DNA of 64,000 nt from contig CAWKBO010000006.1 in assembly GCA_963847895.1 (NCBI GenBank), positions 83,451 to 147,450 of the forward strand, written 5' to 3'. Every line of letters starts with the position of its first letter. Position 1 is the first letter of the stretch. Both the position numbers and the translations under genes were made by a program. The DNA is from an uncultured Gemmatimonadales bacterium (lineage in GTDB: Bacteria > Gemmatimonadota > Gemmatimonadetes > Gemmatimonadales > GWC2-71-9). The notes below the pieces were generated by a model that was not told where the DNA came from, ran no database searches, and saw only the letters and a list, made by a program, of their open reading frames with translations. Shown in pieces: positions 13,496 through 25,116 of this stretch.

Positions 13496-13755
13496 ATGGG
13501 ACGCAATCCAGTGGTCGGCCGGCAGGGGCCGGCGCACCACGCCGCGGTGATTCCGGCCGAGGCCGAGGCGACGCGGCTGCGCGTGAAGCAGATCCGCTCC
13601 GGGATCGGCCATCCGGAGACGATGCGCCGTACCCTCAAGGCGATCGGCCTCCGGCACCACCAGGCGACGGTCGAGGTGGCGAACACCGCGACCATGCGCG
13701 GCATGCTGTCCAAGGTGCGCCACCTCGTCGAGGTGGCGCCGGTCAGGAGAACTAG
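13496..13755 (+). pseudogene. rpmD: 50S ribosomal protein L30; the stop codon is out of frame as assembled (probable 1-nt deletion near 13748-13752)
   Basis: RLRVKQIRSGIGHPETMRRTLKAIGLRHH...VRHLVEV. The frame runs on to 14008, while TAG at 13753 is in the +1 frame. GTG 13547 is an alternative start. Confidence 0.8.
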
Positions 13756-13757
13756 CG

Positions 13758-14226
13758 ATGGCGAAGAAGGACGAGGAGACGGTCGAGCGGCTCACCCTCT
13801 CGAACCTTGCGCCCGGCCCCCGGGTCGCCGCAGGTGCGCAAGCGGGTCGGGCGCGGCCCCGGCAGCGGACTCGGCAAGACGTCGGGCAAGGGCCACAAGG
13901 GTCACAAGGCCCGCACCGGCGGCAGCACCAATCCCGGCTTCGAGGGCGGCCAGATGCCGATGTACCGGCGGCTGCCCAAGCGCGGCTTCACCAACCCGTT
14001 CAAGGTGACCTACCGTGGCGTCAACCTGCGCGACCTCGACAAGGTCGCCGGCGACGAGATCACCCCGGAGACCCTGACGGCCGCCGGGTTGCTCGACAAG
14101 GTCGGCGACGCGGTCAAGCTGCTGGGCACCGGTGAGATCGGCCGGGCGGTGACCGTGCGCGGGCTGCCGGTGTCGGCGTCGGCCCGGGCCAAGATCGAGG
14201 CAGCGGGCGGCAAGGTCGAGGGCTGA
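13758..14226 (+). pseudogene. rplO: 50S ribosomal protein L15, one frameshift near 13806 as assembled
   Basis: MAKKDEETVERLTLSN in frame 0 joins LRPAPGSPQVRKRVGRGPGSGLGKTSGKGHKG in frame +1. Removing one base in AACCTTG restores the canonical L15 N-terminus. Confidence 0.88.
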
Positions 14227-15541
14227 TGACCGCGCCGCGCATGCCGGGCCTCAGCATGGACGAGGAGCTCAAGAACAAGCTCCTCTTCACCGCCCTGGCG
14301 ATCCTCATCTACCGGGTCGGCGCGCACATCGTGGCGCCGGGCGTGGACGTGGCCGCGCTGCCAGGCCTCAATCCCCAACACCAGCGGCCGGGACCTTCTT
14401 CCGGCTCTACGACGCCCTCGGCGGCGGCCTCTCCCGGGCGACGGTCTTCGCGCTCGGGATCATGCCGTACATCTCGGCGTCGATCGTCTTCCAGCTCGCC
14501 GGCGGCGTGGTGCCGACCGTGGGCAAGATGCAGAAGGACGAGGAGGGCCGGAAGAAGCTCACCCAGTGGACCCGCTACCTCACGGTCGTGATCTCGCTCT
14601 CCCAGGCCTACACCTTCGCCCTGTTCACCGAGGGGCTCCGGCGCCGTCCCCAATCCGGGCTTCGTGAGCCGGATGATGATGGTGGTCATGCTCACGACCG
14701 GCGCGATCTTCGTCATGTGGCTGGGCGAGCAGATCACCGAGCGCGGGATCGGCAACGGCATGAGCCTGCTGATCACCTTGTCGATCCTCGAGCGGCTCTG
14801 GCCGGGCACCTTCCACATGATCGGCTTCGTCCGCGACGGGGTGATGTCCTTCCCGGCGGCGGTGCTCTTCCTGGCGGTGCTGGTCGGCATGATCGCCGCG
14901 GTGGTGGCGATGACGATCGCCGCGCGGCGGATCCCGATCCAGATCCCGCGCAAGGTCATGGGCCGGGGCCGGATCCGCGAGGGCCAGAAGACGTTCATCC
15001 CGATCCGGCTGATCACCGCCGGCGTGATGCCGATCATCTTCGCGCAGACGATCATCATCGTGCCGGGCACCCTGGCGCAGTTCACGCAGGCCGGGATGCT
15101 GCGCGAGGTGGCCGACTTCCTGGTTCCCGGTCGACCTGCCGTACAACATGCTCTTCGCGGTCATGATCGTGCTGTTCAGCTACTTCTACACGTCGATCAT
15201 CTTCAACTCGGTGGACCTGGCGGAGAACCTGAAGAAGCAGGGCGGGTTCATCCCGGGCGTGAAGCCGGGCGCCGCCACCGCCGACTACATCGACGGCGTG
15301 CTGGGCCGGATCACCCTGCCGGGGCGCTCTTCCTGGCGGTGGTGGCGCTCATCCCGATCATCGTCGCCAAGGTGCTCGGCGTCCCAGCCTCCAGTTCGGC
15401 GGGACCTCGGTGCTGATCGTCGTCGGCGTGCTGCTGGACACCATCGCCCAGATCGAGCAGCACCGCACGCTCCGCAAGTACGACGGCTTCATGAAGACCG
15501 GCCGGGTCAAGTTCCGGGGGCGGCAGCAGCGGTTCGCATGT
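14226..15541 (+). pseudogene. secY: Preprotein translocase SecY, at least 5 frameshifts as assembled; 3' end approximate
   Basis: SecY segments appear in alternating frames: LFTALAILIYRVGAHIVAPGVD / GIMPYISASIVFQLAGG...RKKLTQWTRY / VMWLGEQITERGIGNGMSLLI / NLKKQGGFIPGVKPG / LLDTIAQIEQH. Confidence 0.9.
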
Positions 15542-15548
15542 GACGGGC

Positions 15549-15638
15549 GAGTCGATGAGGTCGTGAGTCGTGAGGGGCGATCGCCCGGCGCGCACCCGCA
15601 GGTGCCGGACGTCCAATCTCAGGACTCAGGACTCACGC
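15549..15638. repeat. Heptamer-array inverted repeat (GTCGTGA units facing CTCAGGA units), same unit family as 16977-17077
   Basis: Left GTCGTGAGTCGTGAG, right CTCAGGACTCAGGACTCAC. The central part contains the palindrome GGGCGATCGCCC. Confidence 0.7.
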
Positions 15639-15660
15639 CTACACTCCCGGGAGTTGATCC

Positions 15661-16231
15661 ATGGATATCCTTCTCCTGGGCCCGCCGGGCGCCGGCAAGG
15701 GCACCCAGGGCGCGCTGCTCGCCGAGCGCTCGGCCTGCCCAAGTTCGCCACCGGTGATCTCCTGCGCGACGCGGTCGCGCGCCGGGCACGCCGCTCGGCC
15801 TCCAGGCCAAGGCGGTGATGGAGGCGGGCGAGCTGGTGAGCGACGACATCATCCTCGGCGTCATCCGGGACGAGCTGGCCAAGCCGCGCGCCGCGCGGCG
15901 GCGTCATCTTCGACGGCGTGGTGCGGACCATCCCGCAGGCGGAAGGGATGGCCGCGCTGCTCGCGGCACGGGGCCGCCGGATCGACCACGTGCTGTTCTT
16001 CGACGTGCCCGACGAGGAAATTCTCGCCCGGCTCGACAAGCGGCGCGCGATCGAGGGCCGGGCCGACGACGACCCCGCGGCGGTCGCCCGGCGGCTGCAG
16101 GCCTACCGGGAGCAGACGGCGCCGGTGCTGGCCTGGTACGGCGAGCGCGGCGGGGTCACCCGGATCGATGCCGTGGGCGACGGTGGCGGCGATCGCCGAC
16201 CGGGTGCGCAACGCGCGTCGACGCCGGATGA
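15661..16231 (+). pseudogene. adk: Adenylate kinase, about 5 frameshifts as assembled
   Basis: MDILLLGPPGAGKGTQ / [14 protein letters not shown] / [20 protein letters not shown] / [10 protein letters not shown]...[16 protein letters not shown], found in different frames. Confidence 0.88.
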
Positions 16232-16978
16232 TCACCCTCAAGTCGCCCCGCGAAATCGACACGATGGCCCATGCCGGCGCCATCGTCGCACGACACGCTG
16301 GCCTGCTGCGCGGACTGGTCCGGCCGGGCATCACCACCGAGGACCTCGACCGGAGGCCGAGGTTCATCCGCGAGCCACGCGGCGCCACGCCGTCGTTCAA
16401 GGGCCTCTACGGCTTCCCCAAGACCCTCTGCACCTCGATCGACGAGGAGATCGTCCACGGCATCCCCTCGCCCAAGCGGGTCCTGCGCGAGGGGAACATC
16501 GTGTCAGCGTCGACGTCGGGGTCTGCTCGACGGCCTGCACGCCGACTCGGCCACCACCATTCCGGTGGGCGAGATCGCGCCCGAGATGCACCCGGCTGCT
16601 CGAGGTGACCCAGGAGTGCCTCGCGGCCGGGATCGCCGCAGCGCGGGTCGGCAACCACGTCGGCGACATCGGCCACGCGGTCCAGACGGTGGCGGAGGCG
16701 CGGGGTACGGCGTGGTGCGGGAACTGGTGGGCCACGGCATCGGCACGCGCTTCCACGAGGAGCCGCAGGTGCCCAACTACGGCACGCCCAAGCCGGGGGC
16801 CGGCTGCTCGAGGGGATGACCATCGCCATCGAGCCGATGATCACCATGGGCGCACCGGCCACCCGGACCCTCGCCGACAAGTGGACCGTGGTCACCGCGG
16901 ACGGGTCCCTGTCGGCCCACTTCGAGCACACCGTGGCGATCACCGGCGACGGACCGGGGATCCTGACGACGGGGTAGT
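16228..16978 (+). pseudogene. map: Type I methionine aminopeptidase, several frameshifts as assembled
   Basis: [17 protein letters not shown]...[25 protein letters not shown]...; later segments ([29 protein letters not shown]) sit in other frames. ATGA overlap with adk. Confidence 0.88.
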
Positions 16979-17077
16979 CGTGAGTCCTGAGTCCTGAGTC
17001 GTGAGAGCTGCAAGGCCGGTACCCCGCTCGGGATGCCGGCCTTGTTCCACCCCTCAGGACTCAGGCCTCCGACTCAC
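16977..17077. repeat. Heptamer-array hairpin (GTCGTGA/GTCCTGA arms) enclosing a GC-rich inner hairpin
   Basis: Left arm GTCGTGAGTCCTGAGTCCTGAGTCGTGAG, right arm CCTCAGGACTCAGGCCTCCGACTCAC. Fills the gap between convergent map and the suhB-like gene. Confidence 0.85.
17011..17044. terminator. Inner hairpin of the element; candidate bidirectional terminator
   Basis: 9-bp stem CAAGGCCGG/CCGGCCTTG with a 16-nt loop between convergent genes; no U-tract. Confidence 0.4.
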
Positions 17078-17864
17078 CGCCAGCGTCCAGCAGCCACGTG
17101 CATCGCCGGGTTGCCCGCCACGACCGCCCCGTGCTCGATCCCCAGGTCCCGCCCGTCGAGTCGCGTCACCACGCCGCCCGCCTCCCGCACCAGCAGCGGT
17201 CCCCGCCGCGATGTCCCACGGGGCCAGCCGCAGCTCCCAGAAGCCGTCGAGATGCCCGGCCGCGACGTCGAGCCAGGTCGAGCGCCGCCGCACCGGCCCG
17301 GCGGATGCCGCTGGTGCGTGGCCAGACCGGCCGAACTGGGCTGAGATATGCCGGCAAGCTGGTCGGGGTCCTTGAACGGGAAGCCGGTGCCGATCAGGGC
17401 GTGGCCGGGATCGGCGATGCGCCGAGACCCGGAGCCGGCTGTCCATCGCACCAGGCGCCGCCGCCGGCGCCAGCCGGTGGCTCGCCGCATGCGTCGGCAC
17501 CTCGAAGACCACGCCGGCCTCCAGGGCGCCGTCGACCGCCGCGGCGATCGAGACGGCCCAGGCGGGAAGCCGTGCAGGAAGTTGGTGGTGCCGTCGAGCG
17601 GGTCGACGATCCAGACCGAGTCCCGGGTCGTCGATCAGGTCGGGACTCCCTTCCTCGCCCATCATCCGGCCGTCGGGCTCGGCCCGCAGCAGCGTCTCGG
17701 TGATGATCGCCTCGGCGGTGCGGTCGACCTCGGTGACGAAGTCGCTGGTGGCCCTTGGCGGTCCACGCGGCGGGGCCGGGCGGCGCGGCCCGCCGCAGGT
17801 AGGCCGCCGCCGCGCCGGCGGCCCGCTCCGCGAGCCGGGCGAGGCGCTCGGCGTCGCGGGTCAT
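17061..17864 (-). pseudogene. Inositol monophosphatase family protein, multiple frameshifts as assembled; 3' end 17061 or 17074
   Basis: Fragments MTRDAERLARLAERAAGAAAAYLR, MMGEEGSPDLIDDPG, AWAVSIAAAVDGALEAGVVFEVP, LRLAPWDIAAGT and VVAGNPAMH lie on the minus strand in different frames. Confidence 0.75.
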
Positions 17865-17900
17865 CTTGCCGCCCTTCCGGGCTGCGGGTAGCTTGCCGCC

Positions 17901-18901
<1,001 letters not shown>

Positions 18902-18905
<4 letters not shown>

Positions 18906-19977
18906 TGCCGCGACTGGCCTGCGATGCTCGATCGAGCGGATGCATCAAGGCGGCGGTCGAGCGCGGCGCGTCGGACCTCCATATCAAGGCGGGCGACGTC
19001 TTCCGCGCCCGGATCGACGGCAAGCTGGTGCCGCTCACCAAGCAGCGGCTCACCCCGGAGCAGACCCGGGCCGATGGCGCTCAGGCTGATCGCCAGCGAC
19101 GAGGACCGAGGCCCGCCTCGACACGCTGCGGGACTTCGATTGCTCCTGGGGAATGCCGGGGGTGGGGCGGTTCCGGGTCAACGTGCTGCGCCAGCGGTCG
19201 TCGCTTCATGATCGTGATGCGGGTCATCCCGTTCGCGGTGCCGACCCTCGAAGAGCTCCGAGCTGCCCGAGAGGTGCTCCGACTCTGGCCGAGTGCGGAC
19301 GCGGGCTGGTGCTGGTGACCGGGGTGAGCGGCAGCGGCAAGAGCTCGACCATCGCGGCGATGGTGCACCACATCAACCGCACCACCGCACCGGCACATCG
19401 ATCACCATCGAGAACCCGATCGAGTTCCTGCACCGCGACATCAAGTGCTCGGTGACCCAGCGCGAGGTCGGGATCGACACCGAGACGCTGGCCATCGGGC
19501 TCCGGGCCGCGCTCCGGCAGGATCCCGACGTCATCGTCGTCGGGCGACATGCGCGATCCGCAGGCGCTCGACACCGCGATCCAGGCGGCCGAGACCGGCC
19601 TGCTGGTGATCGGCATCGATCGCCTGCCCCGGACGCCGCCTCGGCGTTGCTGCAGGTCGGTGGCGATGCTGATCCCGATGAGCGCGACATCGGCCGGATC
19701 CGGTTTGCCGAGGTGCTCGCACGGGGTCGCTCGCCCAGCGCCTGGTCCCCCGGGCAGGACGGGAGAGGGGCGGCCGGCCGGTGGTGGAGTTGGTCGAGGC
19801 CACCGAACCGATCCGCGACGGCGCTCAGTGACGGGCGCCGATCCGGCGAGCTCAAGAAGGCGATTGACCGCCGGCCGGGAAGGACGGCCACGCGAGACCT
19901 TCGCGCAGCACCTCGACCGAACTGGTGAAGCCGGGCGCCACCCGCCGGCAGATTGTGGGGGCCTCGGCGGCGCGTAA
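18902..19977 (+). pseudogene. pilT: Type IV pilus twitching-motility ATPase PilT, multiple frameshifts as assembled
   Basis: ASDLHIKAGDVFRARIDGKLVPL / GLVLVTGVSGSGKSSTIAAMV (Walker A) / ITIENPIEFLHRDIKCSVTQREVG...LRQDPDVIVVG. Confidence 0.85.
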
Positions 19978-20010
19978 GGGGCCGTTTTCCGGTCGCAGCC
20001 GGGGTGTCGC

Positions 20011-21302
20011 GTGTTCGACCGGAAGCACACCTGTGTCGTCGTGGTCGGCGCCCAGTGGGGCGACGAAGGGAAGGGCAAGCTGGTCGACGTCCTCTCCGAG
20101 CAGGCCGACCTGGTGGTGCGCTACCAGGGCGGCGCCAACGCCGGCCATACGGTGGTGATCGGCGACCGCCAGTTCATCCTCCACCAGATCCCCTCCGGCA
20201 TCCTCCACCCGGCGGCGACCTGCGTCGTCGGCAACGGCGTGGTGCTCGATCCGGAGACCTTCTTCGCCGAGCTCGACGGGCTCGGCGAGCAGGGCATCGA
20301 CATCGCCGGCCGGCTCTTCGTCTCGGAGCGGGCGCACCTGGTGCTGCCGTATCACAAGCTGCTCGACGCCGGCCGAGCGAGCGGCAGCAACAGATCGGGA
20401 CCACCGGGCGCGGGATCGGCCCGGCCTACGAGGACAAGATCGGCCGCCGCGGGGATCCGGGTGGCCGACTCTGCCGGCAGCGGCGCGCGTGCGAGCCGCC
20501 TGCTCGCCGAGCGGATCGACCGGGCCAACCAGCTGCTGGAGCTGATGGGGGCGTCCGAGCGGGCCTCGTCGACGAGCACGTGGCCCTGCTGCGCAGCGGG
20601 TCGGCGCCACGCTGCTGCCCCTGGCCACCGACACCGGGCCTGGTGCACCAGGCGGGCACCGCGAGCCGGCCGCCGGGTGCTCCTGGAGGGCGCCCAGGGG
20701 GCGCTGCTCGACGTCGACCACGGCACCTACCCGTTCGTGACCTCCTCGAACACCACGGCGGGCGGCGCCGTCGGTCGGCGCCGGGATCGGCCCGACCGCG
20801 ATCGACGGCGTGCTCGGGGTGGTGAAGGCCTACACCACCCGGGTCGGCAACGGCCCGCTGCCGACCGGCAGCCGCCGGGCGTGCTCGAGGAGCAGCTCCG
20901 CGAGTTGGGCGACGAGTTCGGGGCCATCACCGGGCGGCCGCGGCGCTGCGGCTGGTTCGACGCCGAGGTGGTCCGCTACTCGGTGCGGGTGAACGGGCTC
21001 ACCGGGCTGGCGGTGACCAAGCTCGACGTGCTGGACGCATTCGACGAGATTCCGGTCGGGGTGGGCTACAAGCTCGACGGGGAGCGGTGCGACGGAATGC
21101 CGAGCGAGGTGGAGGCGCTGGAGCGGGTCGAGCCGGTCTACGAGATGCTGCCCGGCTGGCAGGCGAGCACCGCCGGCGCCGGTCGCTGGCCGACCTGCCG
21201 CCCGCGGCGCGGGCCTATCTCGACCGGCTGCAGGACCTGGCCGAGGCGCCGATCCGCTACGTGAGCGTGGGGACTCGGCGGGACCAGATCATCGAGTGCT
21301 AG
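20011..21302 (+). pseudogene. purA: Adenylosuccinate synthase, several frameshifts as assembled
   Basis: VVVGAQWGDEGKGKLVDVLS...VVRYQGGANAGHTVV...; the C-terminal part ...[29 protein letters not shown]... is in frame again. Confidence 0.9.
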
Positions 21303-21449
21303 GACGAGAGACGATAGGCGAGAGACGATAGACGATAGACGATAGACGATAGACGATAGACCGATAGACGCCCGAAGGCCAGCATCCCCATCGAGGAGCT
21401 GGCCTTCGTCGCGGTCACGTCTATCGTCTATCGTCTATCGTCTCTCGTC
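21303..21449. repeat. Heptamer-array hairpin: (GACGATA)n left arm, (GTCTATC)n right arm, inner GC hairpin
   Basis: About 10 left units (GACGAGA, GACGATA, GGCGAGA, GACGATA x5 ...) and about 5 right units. Fills the whole purA / minus-strand gene intergenic gap. Confidence 0.92.
21373..21408. terminator. Inner hairpin; candidate bidirectional terminator
   Basis: 11-bp stem CGAAGGCCAGC/GCTGGCCTTCG with a 14-nt loop between convergent stop codons. Confidence 0.45.
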
Positions 21450-21450
21450 A

Positions 21451-23521
21451 TCACTGCGCCTGCAGCTTCTCGAAATAGTTGGCCACGCCGAGGTCGTTGA
21501 GCCAGACCGGGTCGAGCTCGTAGTAGCGGCTCTTGATGAACCGCCCGGTGGTCGGGAAGTACGGCGGCGGATTGACCGCGCCGCAGTTGTCGTAGGCGTG
21601 CGCCTCGGCCCAGCCCGAGGAGTGCGCGTTGCCGACCGGGCAGTAGGTGCAGCAGTCGACCTTGCCCATCGCCAGGCCGCCGGTGATCCGGATGCAGCCC
21701 GGCGGCGTCCGCCAGCAGTTCCGCTGGTCGCCGAGGAGTTGAAGGTCCCCGGTGCATCCGGCAGGGCGGTGTCGGGCCCGGGTACGCCGGGGAGGCCGGT
21801 GGTGAAGAAGTTGCCCTTGCCCGACGAGCCATCGCCGGCGGCGAGGAAGAACATGTTGTAGTTCTCGTCGGCCGGGGTGTCGTCGTAGCCGCCGTAAATG
21901 GTGTTGTTGACCGGAACGGCGTCTGGAGGTTGTTGTCCTCGATCAGCACGTTGAGCGTCGCGATCGCGCCGAAGATGTCGCCCTCGGCGTCGCATTGGTG
22001 CCGGGGGTGTTCTAGTACAGGAGGTCGTCGGCCAGCACGATGTTGCCGGTCGCGAACACCGAGACCGGCCGCGGAGCCGGCCGCTGATGGCGACGTCGCC
22101 GGTGACGAAGATCACGCCCTTGAAGTTCGGGTTCTTGCCGAGCGGGATCAGGTAGTCGGCGTCGCCCCGGATGCGCGGAGACCGAGCGCGTGCCGGGCCG
22201 AGTCGCCGGGGCTGCCAGGCACCCATGCCGCGTTGCGTGGCGCTGTTGGTCACCGCCGGGATCGGGCGTGAGAACGGTGTCAGCCGGTCGAGTGGTAGAG
22301 CTGCGGGTCGCCGCCGAGGTAGCAGCGCTGCTCGCTCGGGGTGCCGAGACGTTGTCGAGCGGCGAACGGCGGATACCGGTCACGCCGCGTGACAGCGCCC
22401 ATCGCACCCATCGCGGGCGTAGCTGTGCTTGGTGCTCGAAGTGCCCGACGTGGCGTTGTAGACCGAGTCGTAGATCTCCGCCGCGGTGAACCAGCCGTAG
22501 GTGCCGTTCATCCGCACCCGCGCCCGCAGTTCCGGGAGACCATGTTGGGGTCTTTGACTGACACGCGGCGATGCCACTCGGCACGGTTGGGCCAGCGGCG
22601 TCCGGTGGCGTAGGCGAGCACCGAGTCCGAGGTGCCCCCGGAGTGCCAGCACCCGCACGTAGCCCTCGTCCCACTGGATCATCCCGTCGCCGTTGGCGTC
22701 GATGGAGAGGAACTCGAGCCGGAGGCCCGGGTGTGGGAGCCGAGGTGTCGGCGCGGTGATGTCATAGTCGCCGTCCGCGGCGTCGGCGTCCTGGGCGTAC
22801 TGACTGCATCAGCGAGATCGGGCGGGGGTCGGCCAGGCGATCGGCGGCACGCGCCGGTCTTGAGCCCGCGGTGAAGTTGCCCGAACTCTGGTTGGCTGAC
22901 GAGCCGACCACGGAGGCGGGCCCGGCGAACAGCGACCTTGGGGCTGCAGCACCCGCTCTGGAGCCGGAGCATGTCGTTGGAGAAGAACGGGCCGTTGATC
23001 GACTCGCCGCAGCCGTAGACGCCGCAGCCGCTCCAGTCGTTGATCGCCACGGCGAACTTGGCCCACGACTCCTGGGTCATCAGCAGCCGCCGGGCGGCGA
23101 CCGCGCCGCGGTCGTTGCGGATCACCGAGAGTGCTCAGGCGAAGTTGCTGCCGTACTGGCCGGCGGTCGCGGGCCCGCCGGTCCGGCCGCCGGTGCGGCC
23201 GACGTAGAGCGATCGGGTCATCCGGGGAGCACGTTGCCCGAGGCGTCGGTCACCTGGGCTTCGACGCGATGGTGGTGTAGCTGTTGAGCGGCAGCAACGA
23301 GTCGAAGTTGCCGCGGTTGACCGAGTCGCGAATCATCTCGAGCCCGCCATTGGCGGCCGACTGCAGCGCGGCCTCGGTGGCGGTGAACCTGGTGGTCAGC
23401 CGGGCGCCCGACGCGATCATGATGGCGCCCATCGCCATCGCGGCGACGGCGATCGAGACGAGCAGGGCGAGCACCAGGGCGGCGCCCCGGCGTTCGGATG
23501 GCTTGCGCGGACGGACCGCAT
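21451..23521 (-). pseudogene. Large pilus-associated protein (PilX-type N-terminus plus a DUF4900-like region), many frameshifts as assembled
   Basis: N-terminus RGAALVLALLVSIAVAAMAMGA; internal QESWAKFAVAINDW...INGPFFSNDML and NPNFKGVIFVTGDVAISG. Family assignment is from recalled motifs only. Confidence 0.5.
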
Positions 23522-23636
23522 GGGAACTCTCCCGCTCAGGGGGCGCTCAGGGTGACGTGGAGGTACGACCGTGGACGTGTCGGGGTGCAGTCCTGCGCCG
23601 CAATGCCGAAGATGTAGGCCTCGCCCGGGGTCCTGG

Positions 23637-24727
23637 TCAGAAGACGTTGGTGTCGTACGGGTCTGGCCCGCCTCGGCGCGGACCACCAGGATCGGGGCTG
23701 TCCACACCGTGGCCGACGACGCGGCGCTAGAGGATGTACTGCCGCACGTCGACCTCACCGGCATCCTGGTCGGTGGACCGCGACCAGCACCAGGTGCGAC
23801 CTGCGCCGAGCCCGGTGCCGACCTGGGTGGTGGTGAGGCTTCCCGGGGCGATCGGGGCGCGGCCGCAGACGGTGGGCATGTCGACGCCGTTGTTGGGGAT
23901 CTCGATGATCTAGGTGAACTCTCGGGTCCGCTCCGCGGTGCCGGTGTGGCCGTTGGTGATCCGGAAGTTGATCCGGACCGCCCGGACCGAGTCGGGCCGG
24001 ACATCGTCGGCGCTGTCGCTGGCCGAGATGCCGCTCACCAGCTCGCGCCGGATCAGTGGCAGCAGGGAACCGGTCGCGGTGATCAGGGTGTCGCCGGTCG
24101 ACAGGATGCGCTGCATCAGGTACTGGAAGAACGGCCGAGCCGTTGCTGGCCGGGAGGATGTTCCGGGCGATCACCTCCGGGGTGCCGGTTGATCCGCTCC
24201 CAGAGGACATAGTCGTCGGTGCGCGCGGTGGCGTCATCGGGCTGGAAGAAGAGCAGGTAGGTCTCGGCCGGGGACGAGCGCGCCGTTGCCCATCCGGTAG
24301 GTGGTCGAGGGATAGGTGTAGCTGGGCGAGGAATTGGGGATCGTCGTGGCCGGGGCCGCGTCCCAGACGATCGCCTCGGTCGCCGGCGACATCCGGGTTC
24401 CAGTAGGCCGCCCAGCGCATGTCGATGGTGTCCCGCTCCGGCGTAGTCGGTGTTGAAGGCCACGACGTCGTTCTTGCCGTAGACCAGCATCGGCTGCTGG
24501 CCGGTGACGCCGGCCCCCATGGTCCGGATCACCCGCTCCGACGGGCTCGATCGAGTCGCGGGCGTTCTGGAGCAGGTCGAACCGCTCGGTGTTCTTCCGG
24601 AACGAGACGGCTCTGGGACCGGAAGAGCTAGACGGTCGCGCCCATGATCAGCGACCAGCATGGTGACGACGATCAGCAGCTCGATCAGCGAGAAGCCGGC
24701 GGTCGGAACGAGGTTGGGTCGCATCAT
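23637..24727 (-). pseudogene. PilW-like type IV minor pilin, frameshifted as assembled
   Basis: N-terminus MMRPNLVPTAGFSLIELLIVVTMLV (prepilin methylation motif); ATGA overlap with the upstream pilin gene. The body is split over at least 3 frames. Confidence 0.6.
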
Positions 24728-25116
24728 GGACTCGCGATCACGGCGGTGACGGCGACGGTGTCGCGCATGGCCGGGTCGGTGACGCGGACCGTGACCGTGG
24801 TGCGGTCGCGGTTGCCGCTCTGGTCGCGGACGAGCGTGGTCAGCCGGCGCATCCGGGGATACCCCTGGAACCCGGTCGTGTCGGCACCCGCGGAGCCACT
24901 GCCGTACAGGTTGCCCAGCCGCGTGTATCGCGGGTCGGCCCGGATCAGCTCGAGGCGGGCCGTGGCGGTGCTGCTGCCGATCAGCCGGATCGAGGCGTCC
25001 CCCATGCTGCGGGCATAGCTCGCCGAGAACTTCGCGAAGGTGGTGGCCACGATCACGAGAATCACGACCGTGATCAGCACCTCGATCAGGGTGAAGCCGT
25101 TGCGGCGACGGTGCAT
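24724..25116 (-). CDS. Type IV pilin-like protein (PilV-like minor pilin)
   Basis: MHRRRNGFTLIEVLITVVILVIVA N-terminal cleavage/methylation motif; 130 aa intact ORF. Confidence 0.75.
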   Translation of the reverse strand: MHRRRNGFTLIEVLITVVILVIVATTFAKFSASYARSMGDASIRLIGSSTATARLELIRADPRYTRLGNLYGSGSAGADTTGFQGYPRMRRLTTLVRDQSGNRDRTTVTVRVTDPAMRDTVAVTAVIASP

